Of a stretch of DNA of 64,000 bases, positions 8,923-16,998 are shown one piece after another (position 1 is the first letter of the stretch; each line of letters starts with the position of its first letter). This DNA is from Patescibacteria group bacterium (GTDB lineage Bacteria; Patescibacteriota; Patescibacteriia; JBHPGJ01). Under the pieces are notes generated by a model, which was not told the origin of the DNA, searched no databases, and saw only the letters and a list, made by a program, of their open reading frames with translations. The position numbers were made by a program, and so were the translations under genes. The DNA is taken from positions 2,223 through 66,222 of the forward strand of contig JBHPGJ010000004.1 of assembly GCA_042570545.1 (NCBI GenBank), in the 5' to 3' direction.

Positions 8923-9534
8923 TTATTTATTTTCCGACTTTGGCTTAGCTGGTTTGTTGGTCACTGCTTTATCCGCTTGTCTGCGTCCTAGCTCGGCCGC
9001 TATGCTATCCACCCAAGCACCAACACCTACTCCCGTAAGTACTATAGCAATAAATATAATAAGCAGATTAATAAGCGGCTGATCGATGTTCTTATAGACG
9101 GCAAAGACAATGGCCCCTATCCAGGAAAAAAGTGAAATAACACCACTGACAACACCACGGGTCTTGAGTTGATAGTATTTATCAGTTGCTTCCTCATGAA
9201 ACAGCGGTGTCAGCTCCTGGATGCGCGGTCCGACGCGGAGATTGAGATAGACGCCATTGGCTACCAGCAGCAGCACCAAGATCAGTTTCATCTGGAACCG
9301 GGCATCAGTCAGGTAATAATCCGGCCTCTCAGCTGTTAAAAATATCCCTGAGGTGATCAGAAGAATTAAACCCACCCACACCATCATGGACATTATTGGC
9401 GAGAATTTGACTAAAAAGTGTGAATATTTCTTCTCTCGTTCATATATAAACCACATCACATCAACTACAAATACCGAGCCTAGACTTATAGCTAAACCTA
9501 TAAAATGAATTAACAACCAGGTAGCGTGTGCCAT
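8923..9534 (-). CDS. Integral membrane protein (DUF2214/DUF6644-like)
   Basis: 5 TM; IHFIGLA..LG, GL.LL..SG and FQMKL.LV motifs. Confidence 0.65.
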   Translation of the reverse strand: MAHATWLLIHFIGLAISLGSVFVVDVMWFIYEREKKYSHFLVKFSPIMSMMVWVGLILLITSGIFLTAERPDYYLTDARFQMKLILVLLLVANGVYLNLRVGPRIQELTPLFHEEATDKYYQLKTRGVVSGVISLFSWIGAIVFAVYKNIDQPLINLLIIFIAIVLTGVGVGAWVDSIAAELGRRQADKAVTNKPAKPKSENK

Positions 9535-9575
9535 ATTGGGATTAATTATAAGTTAATTATTCAAAAAAGTGAATA

Positions 9576-9625
9576 ACAAAAACACCTTGATAAAGGCCGG
9601 AGCCGTCTGCCAAGGTGCTTTTGTT
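9576..9625 (-). terminator. Hairpin downstream of the acidic microprotein
   Basis: AACAAAAGCACCTTG...CAAGGTGTTTTTGTT inverted repeat. Confidence 0.55.
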
Positions 9626-9643
9626 AATTGAATAAAGATACTT

Positions 9644-9739
9644 CTATTCAGCCGGTGCTTCAGGAGTAGCTTCTTCCTCCTTCTTCTCTTCAGTACCTTC
9701 GCCTTCTGTTGTAGGCTGATCCATTGTCTCTTCGTCCAT
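9644..9739 (-). CDS. 31-aa acidic microprotein MDEETMDQPTTEGEGTEEKKEEEATPEAPAE
   Basis: Strong SD AAGGAGGTGA 5 nt before ATG; TTGACA-17-TAGTAT promoter at about 9815-9843; downstream hairpin. Confidence 0.75.
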   Translation of the reverse strand: MDEETMDQPTTEGEGTEEKKEEEATPEAPAE

Positions 9740-9906
9740 TGTTTTCACCTCCTTAGGGTCTATCTATTAAAACGCTTCCAAATAAATATTGATTTAGAAG
9801 CAATTAATATAGCGATACTATATTACGCGTAAAATATTGTCAATAGTATTTTCAAATATTTCCAACCGCCGGCGACTCCGGTGTCAAGCTGGTTGTTAAC
9901 AATTAA

Positions 9907-10134
9907 TTATTCCTTATCTTCTTCCAGTTCAGAAAATTTCTTCTTGATCGATTCTACCCTATTCTCTACCTCTGACAATTTGGTTTTTAGTTCCTCTGCT
10001 ATTTTAAGACCGCGCTCAAACTTGACCAAACCTTCTTCCAGGTCAACTGACTCATCATCAAATGACTCAGCGATTTTTTCGAGCTCATCAAACTTATGAG
10101 CGAAGTTGAATTTTGGTGATTGTTTCTTAGTCAT
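9907..10134 (-). CDS. xseB: Exodeoxyribonuclease VII small subunit
   Basis: F...ELEKI...LEE.L..FERG motif; overlaps xseA. Confidence 0.92.
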   Translation of the reverse strand: MTKKQSPKFNFAHKFDELEKIAESFDDESVDLEEGLVKFERGLKIAEELKTKLSEVENRVESIKKKFSELEEDKE

Positions 10135-11383
10135 AGGTTTTCTTGGTTTCAGAGATTATATTACCTGATGCCAGCCGAGTGCGCAACTTGTCGCCGGTCT
10201 TGATCTGGCTGGTTTTTTTTAGCGGTTTATTAGCCGGTCCGTAGGTAATGCTATAGCCCCGATCCATTGTCGCTTGCGGTGATAGAGCTTTAAGTAATTT
10301 TAATAATCTAGTTAATTGATCTTTCTTTAGTCTGACTGATTGTTTGATACCAAAACACAATCTATCATTCAGCCTGGTCAACGAGTCGGCAGAAGATAAA
10401 AGTGTCTGACTATAGGCTGATAATTTTATTCGCATACTTTGTCTGAGCTGGCCATATCTCTCCTGCCAGCGTCTAGGTCCGCGGACGATATTGCCGATAG
10501 CCTGACTGAGTCTCTGATTGCCGGTTTCTACCGCACTATAAAACTGACGGTAGATAGTTAGTTCAAAATTATTTACCAAGCTCAAGATATCACTCTTATC
10601 AGGCGTGACTGACTCAGCCGCATTGGACGGTGTGGCAGCCCTAAAGTCAGCTACCAGATCAGCTATTGACCAATCGCGCTCATGCCCCACGCCTACGACT
10701 ACCGGAATATCAGAGGCAAATATTGCTCGAGCTACTTTTTCTGAATTAAATGACTGTAGGTCTTCTAGCGATCCCCCGCCCCTGGTCAGGATAATCGCTT
10801 CCACTCCAGTACTTTTTTGAAAATATTTAAAAGCCTGCAATATGCTGCCAACCGAGGCATCGCCCTGAACCTGAACCGGAAAAAACTCAATAATCATGCC
10901 TGTCCAACGATTATTTAGTACCCGCAAAACATCATTATAGGCGGCGGCATCAGGCGATGTTATCAAGCCAATACGGCCCGGAAAGCGCGGCAGTGAACGC
11001 TTGCGCTCGGGGGCAAATAAGCCTTCTTTTATTAGCTTGTTTTTCAATAACTGCAGAGCTTTAGCCAGGGCGCCCTCACCCACAGGTCGTACTTTGACAG
11101 CTCGCAAGTGAAAACCAGAATTTTTTTTAAACAAAGACGGTGAGCCGATCACTTGAACTTCCATGCCATCTTCTAGCTCCACATCAAGCTGATAATCGAG
11201 CATAAAAACCGTCAGCCGTGATGACTCGTCCTTGATCTCAAAAAAAATAAGCTTATTACCCGCTGACCGCTGACGAAACCCGGTGATCTCTCCCTGGACA
11301 ACCACGGTGCCAAAAGTAGCACTCAAAGAATCCCTGACCAGATCATTGAATTCAGCTACCTTATAAACTCTGGCCTTATTCAT
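10127..11383 (-). CDS. xseA: Exodeoxyribonuclease VII large subunit
   Basis: OB-fold, RGGGSLEDL, GVGHERD, TPSNAAE. Confidence 0.97.
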   Translation of the reverse strand: MNKARVYKVAEFNDLVRDSLSATFGTVVVQGEITGFRQRSAGNKLIFFEIKDESSRLTVFMLDYQLDVELEDGMEVQVIGSPSLFKKNSGFHLRAVKVRPVGEGALAKALQLLKNKLIKEGLFAPERKRSLPRFPGRIGLITSPDAAAYNDVLRVLNNRWTGMIIEFFPVQVQGDASVGSILQAFKYFQKSTGVEAIILTRGGGSLEDLQSFNSEKVARAIFASDIPVVVGVGHERDWSIADLVADFRAATPSNAAESVTPDKSDILSLVNNFELTIYRQFYSAVETGNQRLSQAIGNIVRGPRRWQERYGQLRQSMRIKLSAYSQTLLSSADSLTRLNDRLCFGIKQSVRLKKDQLTRLLKLLKALSPQATMDRGYSITYGPANKPLKKTSQIKTGDKLRTRLASGNIISETKKTYD

Positions 11384-11628
11384 TTCTTAAACCATCCGTG
11401 GTGCTTCTTCTGGACATAGACTATGTCCCACCATATCGTACCGACCCACCAGCCAAAAGCGATCCCGCCCAAAGCAATAATTATCCCAAAAGGCAGATGA
11501 TACGTCGGATGCCAGAAGGTCCAGGATATGCCGCTATTTAGTAAAAGTGTTTCTACTACTGAGTGGACTATAAAACTAAGTAAAAACCCGCCAATAGTAG
11601 ATATGATTATGTAGGTTTTTCTTTTCAC
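11380..11628 (-). CDS. Small 2-TM membrane protein
   Basis: Two hydrophobic helices, WW.IVYV C-terminus, coupled to xseA. Confidence 0.6.
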   Translation of the reverse strand: MKRKTYIIISTIGGFLLSFIVHSVVETLLLNSGISWTFWHPTYHLPFGIIIALGGIAFGWWVGTIWWDIVYVQKKHHGWFKK

Positions 11629-11657
11629 TTGGTATAGGATATCATTTTTTCGTCTAT

Positions 11658-11698
11658 CTGAAAAATCCCGCGTGAAGATTCTTGGCGGGATTCTTCAG
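11658..11698 (-). terminator. Hairpin after the Zn-ribbon microprotein
   Basis: CTGAAGAATCCCGC...GCGGGATTTTTCAG inverted repeat. Confidence 0.55.
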
Positions 11699-11739
11699 TG
11701 TAAAGAGTTATACATTTTTTACCTTTCTATTCTCCTTAC

Positions 11740-11910
11740 TTACTCGCTGAGTCTAGGACTCGCCTGTTTTTCAAGGCACTGCTGGCAAATACGAGGTCTG
11801 TCCGACCGCCGGCCGCAGAAACCACAGCGATACCTAGGTATGCCAACGAGATAATACTTGCTAATTTGTTTCTCAGTCAAAGTTTTTAGAAGGTCTTGTT
11901 TGGTCTTCAT
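11740..11910 (-). CDS. 56-aa zinc-ribbon microprotein (CGFC-x9-CQQC)
   Basis: MKTKQDLLKTLTEKQISKYYLVGIPRYRCGFCGRRSDRPRICQQCLEKQASPRLSE; SD AAAGGAGG upstream. Confidence 0.7.
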   Translation of the reverse strand: MKTKQDLLKTLTEKQISKYYLVGIPRYRCGFCGRRSDRPRICQQCLEKQASPRLSE

Positions 11911-11929
11911 GGGGCCTCCTTTGCCTTAT

Positions 11930-12101
11930 GACTAAGGAGCTGCTCACAGACTGCCGGACTATAGATAACGTTTATTACTTCAAGTGTATGCCAGGCTGAC
12001 CACATCCGCTTACCAGTTGGGCTGATATACGTAGGATCAGTGTTGTGTGAAAATTTGACTTGAGCACGTTAAAACAGCTGTCTATGAACAGCTCCCTAGC
12101 C
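11930..12101 (-). ncRNA. 6S RNA-like rod (about 170 nt)
   Basis: 20-bp closing stem CTAGGGAGCTGTTCATAGAC/GTCTGTGAGCAGCTCCTTAG with 3 G-U pairs on the - strand; inner AACGT..TCAAGT/ACTTGA..ACGTT; central bubble. Confidence 0.55.
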
Positions 12102-12120
12102 ACCTCGTCCCGACTTGAGA

Positions 12121-12232
12121 CCAAAAAACCAAGATAATTCTAAACCTCTTCTCTGGGAGCAGTGATACGGGTTTTCAATGTACCGCCCTTGCTGTGATTA
12201 CCCTAGGAGTAGAGATTTTTTTTTGGTTTTTG
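12121..12232 (-). ncRNA. Structured RNA element upstream of the 6S-like RNA
   Basis: CAAAAACCAA...TTGGTTTTT closing stem with inner CTCT/AGAG, AGCA/TGCT and GCGG/CCGT stems. Confidence 0.4.
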
Positions 12233-12280
12233 CTTTTACTAATTATTATTTAATTGTCTAACAACACCAGAACACTTTCC

Positions 12281-12310
12281 AGTATAGAACAGTAATTTTA
12301 AAGTTGTCAA
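12281..12310 (-). promoter_or_regulatory. Sigma70-type promoter for the structured RNA/microprotein unit
   Basis: TTGACA-18-TATACT. Confidence 0.6.
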
Positions 12311-12319
12311 GCCTCTTAT

Positions 12320-12709
12320 CTACAGTTTACTTCTTTCTATCATTATACAGGCTCCAGAAGCCATTGCTAAAATACCGTTGGCCACACATTTCTGTCTGAT
12401 CGCTTCACTCTCAGCACCCGGTTGGAACCACATTTTCTTGATGCCCAGCAGTTTGGCTTCGTCAATTATTTTCAGACCTACTTCTGGCGGGACAACCGCC
12501 ACCGCTACATCTGGCATATTGGGAACTTCTTTCAAGGACGGATAGACAGATATTCCTTCTATTTCATTGTACTTGGGATTTACACCGACTACCTGATAAT
12601 CACCATCATTGAGATCCATCAAGACCTGGTAACCGTATTTAGACTGGTTGGTAGTAGCGCCAACTACGGCGTAGTGATAACTGTGATTAATAAAATCTTT
12701 TGGTTTCAT
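12320..12709 (-). CDS. CoA-binding protein (YccU-like)
   Basis: AVVGAT...KYG, VNP, W.QPGAES, CIM. Confidence 0.9.
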   Translation of the reverse strand: MKPKDFINHSYHYAVVGATTNQSKYGYQVLMDLNDGDYQVVGVNPKYNEIEGISVYPSLKEVPNMPDVAVAVVPPEVGLKIIDEAKLLGIKKMWFQPGAESEAIRQKCVANGILAMASGACIMIERSKL

Positions 12710-12712
12710 AGG

Positions 12713-13300
12713 TTAAACAAATCCTAGCAATATTGCTGTCGTGCCAATGATACCATGAGATAAACTTACGGCATAGATATTTGGCTGTTTTAGATATGTC
12801 CAGGTCCAATACATACCCAGAATAAAAGTTGCCACCGATATTTCTGGCTGTAAACGATAAGTATGTAGCAGGGAAAACATCAAGCCGACAATGACAATGA
12901 TCAGAACCTTGCTGTTTATTATCCTTTGTAATCTTCTTGATAAATATCCCTGAAAAGCAAATTGCTGTGAAATCACTCCGATCAGAAAATAATAAACAAA
13001 AAAGACCGTATTCCACCAAATATCCGGCCGGCCCTTTATAAAATAAACTACGATCAACACTGAAGCGATAAGCAACGTACCAGGCAGAAAAGCTTTGATT
13101 GATAAGATAAAATTATCTCGCCGCAAGCCAAGTTCTTTTAAGGTGATCCTTCTTTTTATTATTAAAATAATAATTATTAATAAGGCTGCTTCCATAATCC
13201 AGTAACGCCAAAGCAGCGGTAATATTCGAAAGGTGAATAAAGCCACTGGCAACACAAGTAAAAATAGTGCCTCTAATATGATACTGACTCTACTACTCAT
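12713..13300 (-). CDS. CPBP/Abi-family intramembrane protease homolog (degenerate)
   Basis: QQFAFQGY in place of EExxFRG; FSLLH; SH.I.G. Confidence 0.7.
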   Translation of the reverse strand: MSSRVSIILEALFLLVLPVALFTFRILPLLWRYWIMEAALLIIIILIIKRRITLKELGLRRDNFILSIKAFLPGTLLIASVLIVVYFIKGRPDIWWNTVFFVYYFLIGVISQQFAFQGYLSRRLQRIINSKVLIIVIVGLMFSLLHTYRLQPEISVATFILGMYWTWTYLKQPNIYAVSLSHGIIGTTAILLGFV

Positions 13301-14045
13301 TAAAAAGTACTTTTTGACATGTGCTATCTATACATTGTGCTATGTAGTTGGTGTTCTTATATTCACCCGGACAAGCCGAGGAGACGCAATTATCAATTGA
13401 TTGCTGCAGCTCCTGCAAGGATTGTAAATTTACTGCTACATATTCGGACTGGGCGTAGTCTTGTACTTCACAAAGTGGCCGATAGCAGGTTTCGTCGGTT
13501 AGATTTTTATTCACTATTGTGCAATCATTGCTGATCGAACATTTTATCGTTACCTGACCATCAAAATAAGTCAGCGGCAGCTCATCCTCGGGTCCATACT
13601 CGATACAAGCACAAGTACACTGGCCGGCCAAACACTCGAACATCGTACTAGTACTAGCCGGACAACTTACATTATCACAATATGTTGAGCAATCATTGCG
13701 AACTGTGCATTCACGGGCTGGCCCAATCGAATTAATATTTACACTGGTTGAATTGGAACTGTTGCTGGTGTTAATATTGACGCTAGAATTTGTGTTTGTA
13801 TTAATTATCAAACCCTGATTATTATTTTGACCGACGTTGGTATTACCAACTTCAATTAAATTGGTATTACTTATCGTATTCAACTGTTCGGCCAAGGCTG
13901 CAGCTTCGGCTCGGCTCTTGGCCAGGGCAACATTCAATTTATCCGTACCCTGCTTGTTTAAAACTATCGTACCTAAAACAAAAACCGTCAATGCCAACAC
14001 TAAGCTAATTGATAATATATTAAAAATGCTTTTTTTGTTTTCCAT
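13293..14045 (-). CDS. Membrane-anchored Cys-rich surface protein with Asn/Thr linker
   Basis: N-terminal TM, NTN linker, about 16 Cys in C...DC modules. Confidence 0.7.
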   Translation of the reverse strand: MENKKSIFNILSISLVLALTVFVLGTIVLNKQGTDKLNVALAKSRAEAAALAEQLNTISNTNLIEVGNTNVGQNNNQGLIINTNTNSSVNINTSNSSNSTSVNINSIGPARECTVRNDCSTYCDNVSCPASTSTMFECLAGQCTCACIEYGPEDELPLTYFDGQVTIKCSISNDCTIVNKNLTDETCYRPLCEVQDYAQSEYVAVNLQSLQELQQSIDNCVSSACPGEYKNTNYIAQCIDSTCQKVLFNE

Positions 14046-14065
14046 TTAATAATTATCTGAGTTAA

Positions 14066-14710
14066 TTATTTGAACTGTACAGATTCCTTGATCAGGTCAA
14101 ATACATGGACGGCTTGTTCATATTCTTCAGCTTTGGCCAGAGCAACTATTTGGTATAAGGTACCCTGATAGTATACATTAATGACCTCAACTTTCCAGAT
14201 ACCATCACTACCAATTATTAATTCTGAAATTGCCGGCTGACCGCCGATTAATATCTGCTCCGTTCCGGTAGTAAAATCTTCGGGTGATTTATAATATGTC
14301 TCGTAGGTCTGCTGACAACTTAATAGATCACCGCACTGATCATCGTCTATGGTCATCACTGAAAAGCGTGAGCCGCCATAATTATTGCAAACAAAACCAC
14401 CCATATCAACATCTTCATCATCAAGCACTGACTGAGGCCGGTCTAGCTGCATACAGCCGGGCGGGTATTTAAAAGATATTTCTTGTCCACTAAGCGAGAA
14501 TCGGCTCCACTCATCATCATCAAAATTCTTGATACTATAGTCGGGCTGACTATTGATGTTGGTATTAACAGAGACGTCAAAAGTTTGAAATAAATAAATA
14601 ACAATAAATATGGCTACCAAGGCTAGTATAACAATCCCAAATACTATTTGTGTTGTGGCTAGTGGATTATCGTTAAATTTATTTTTTTTATCATATACTG
14701 ACTCAGGCAT
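14066..14710 (-). CDS. Membrane-anchored PsbP-like surface protein
   Basis: TM then W..F...ISFKYP...SVQFK. Confidence 0.6.
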   Translation of the reverse strand: MPESVYDKKNKFNDNPLATTQIVFGIVILALVAIFIVIYLFQTFDVSVNTNINSQPDYSIKNFDDDEWSRFSLSGQEISFKYPPGCMQLDRPQSVLDDEDVDMGGFVCNNYGGSRFSVMTIDDDQCGDLLSCQQTYETYYKSPEDFTTGTEQILIGGQPAISELIIGSDGIWKVEVINVYYQGTLYQIVALAKAEEYEQAVHVFDLIKESVQFK

Positions 14711-14757
14711 ATTATTTGCTGTAGCTGTTTATATTGAATAATATCTTCTCAACCATG

Positions 14758-15855
14758 CTAGTAAATGATTATAGTGCTCATAATATCATCCAACATTTCT
14801 AAGCCTGATAACTGCTGATCACCGGTTGGGACAAAACCGCTGATGGTATATCTCTTATCATTTACTATGGTTCCTATAACAATAGCTCGGGAACTACCTT
14901 CAACCTGGCTGTCAGTAATTAACTTCTTAAATTGTTTATCATTTATTATGGCATAATCACAAGACAAGACAGTCTCGTACTCCGGATTACTGCTGTCGCA
15001 GCTGATGACATTTTCAACGGTGTTATTATCAGAGTTATTATAGATAGCAAAATCGGCTTTTATCATACCGTCATCCAGCCCGCCGCGACCGGCTGCCTGG
15101 GTCGTATCCCAATTGGTTAAGATCCAGCTAAAGACATCATTTATCTGGGATTCACTGCCTATGAACCATCCCTCCGTGGGATACTTAAAATTCAAAGATC
15201 CATCACTGCTATTATAAGTCTGCCAATCAGCTGTTGGATCTTTAAAAAACTGAAAAGTAGTCAAGACTTGCGCCAGTTCAGGATAATCTTCAACATAAAC
15301 AGTCGCCCAGGCTAATTTGATAAAACCGTCCACGGTTGGAAAATAAACCGCATCTAACTCGGTTAATCCCAGTTCCAATTGTCTAGTTACATCAAGTCCA
15401 TTAATTGTTTCGGTTCTTGTATCCGATACATCAGTGGTCACCATTGTATCAACAAATTGCATTGTTACGGTCGGCGCCAACTCCGGTGATGATTCGGTGC
15501 CGGCGTCAGTCGGATAAACTTGAGTAAAGGTCGGCTGTACGTTCTTAGCCCAGCCTAGGGGGTATTTTATAGTGTAGTTATATTCATCATTTGTATAAGC
15601 CAACCAGTTGGTCGTATTGGCTGCCGAGTTGGTGTTAATCAGGCTGGTGTTGGTAACGATAGCAGTATTTGTATTTTCTGTGGTTCGGTTGGTATTTAAT
15701 ATGGTGTTGTTTGTGGCGACTGGAGTATTGGTATTAACATTAGTATCATTATCAACCTCCAGCTTGAACCACACCATAGCACTTACCACAGCTAAGGAAA
15801 TCACAGCGATCACAATTACCGCAACGATATGAATATAGGCTTTTTGGTTAATCAT
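14758..15855 (-). CDS. Prepilin-like surface protein with two PsbP-like domains
   Basis: QKA-YIHIVAV N-terminus, NTN linker, W..YTN..Y.IKYP..W repeats. Confidence 0.65.
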   Translation of the reverse strand: MINQKAYIHIVAVIVIAVISLAVVSAMVWFKLEVDNDTNVNTNTPVATNNTILNTNRTTENTNTAIVTNTSLINTNSAANTTNWLAYTNDEYNYTIKYPLGWAKNVQPTFTQVYPTDAGTESSPELAPTVTMQFVDTMVTTDVSDTRTETINGLDVTRQLELGLTELDAVYFPTVDGFIKLAWATVYVEDYPELAQVLTTFQFFKDPTADWQTYNSSDGSLNFKYPTEGWFIGSESQINDVFSWILTNWDTTQAAGRGGLDDGMIKADFAIYNNSDNNTVENVISCDSSNPEYETVLSCDYAIINDKQFKKLITDSQVEGSSRAIVIGTIVNDKRYTISGFVPTGDQQLSGLEMLDDIMSTIIIY

Positions 15856-15857
15856 AA

Positions 15858-16997
15858 TTAGCGATAAAACAATAGACTATCAACTATTTTATTGAAAGTA
15901 TTTAGAGAACTAATGCTATTGTAGCCATGATAATACAGCTGATACTGATCGCCGCCGAAGTCAAAGAAAACATAGGCTGCCTCTGTACCAGCGGACGGTG
16001 CTGGCCCCTCAACGTCCTTGAAGGTGCCGATTACTCTGGTAGCTGGCCGGCCACCGACGGTAATTTCTGTCCTCTCGGTCACATTTAGCGCATCGGCCAC
16101 GCTCTGTATTTCTGATTCAGTGGTGCTTTCACCCTGGAATATTTTAATATTTATTCGGGTTGATCCGCCGGCATTGCAGATGGGAGCATAGGCATCATCT
16201 ATATACAGACCAGAGTAATCAGAACCGCAAGTGGTGATAGACCAATCGGGTGGATAAGCAAAGGTAAAGCCATAGGTTTCATTGTCTTGAGTTGGCCAGT
16301 TGGGCTTGTCGGCGACGGTAAAATCAAATATATCAACTAATTGCAGAAATTGCGCATGCGAAGGAGTCTGATCGGCAAACTCAGTCTTGGCATCAAACTC
16401 AATACCCCAGGTAGCGGCATTGTACGAGAAGAAGTAGTAATCAACCATTGATTCAAAGGCTCCCAATACTCTCGTCTGGTTCGCATCGTGGGTTCCCTGT
16501 ATACGATAGCCATCAACTCCGAGAATCTTAATTGGTTCTGGAGTTAAACCACCTGACATACTCTCGGCAAATGTCAGTAGATCGTTCTGAAAGTGATATG
16601 AGACTATGCCTATAGATCCTGGACCAACCGCATCAGTATACAACGCACTGTCTTTGTTTGGATTAGCTTCTGACGCTATTCGAATAATGCCGGCCAGTCC
16701 CCCGTTTTCGTGCCACTTAACTTCGGTATCCGGTGGATACTTAAATGTAACTCCAAGAAAATCATTAGTATAAGTATGCCAGATGGCGTCTTCCCTAACC
16801 GAAACATTGGTATTGATTATCGATTGATTGGTATTCTGATTACTGCTCGGTTCGTCTTTGCTTATACCTACGGTTGTGTTAGTATCGTCAATTTTATCTA
16901 CTTCGGTTTTAAAATAAACCATGGCGGCGACTACCGTAATAGCGATAGCGCTGATCGTTATTACGGCGACAATGTGCGTAAAAGCTTTTTGATTCAT
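15858..16997 (-). CDS. Prepilin-like surface protein with two PsbP-like domains
   Basis: QKA-FTHIVAV; W.TY.N..LGVTFKYP and W.T..N..YGFTFAYP. Confidence 0.65.
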   Translation of the reverse strand: MNQKAFTHIVAVITISAIAITVVAAMVYFKTEVDKIDDTNTTVGISKDEPSSNQNTNQSIINTNVSVREDAIWHTYTNDFLGVTFKYPPDTEVKWHENGGLAGIIRIASEANPNKDSALYTDAVGPGSIGIVSYHFQNDLLTFAESMSGGLTPEPIKILGVDGYRIQGTHDANQTRVLGAFESMVDYYFFSYNAATWGIEFDAKTEFADQTPSHAQFLQLVDIFDFTVADKPNWPTQDNETYGFTFAYPPDWSITTCGSDYSGLYIDDAYAPICNAGGSTRINIKIFQGESTTESEIQSVADALNVTERTEITVGGRPATRVIGTFKDVEGPAPSAGTEAAYVFFDFGGDQYQLYYHGYNSISSLNTFNKIVDSLLFYR

Positions 16998-16998
16998 A

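Noticed and set aside
11672-11854. + strand 60-aa ORF from the track
   Set aside because: Shadow of the - strand zinc-ribbon ORF, which has an SD, promoter and terminator
11930-12232. Retron msr-msd
   Set aside because: No reverse transcriptase nearby; size and shape fit a 6S-like rod better
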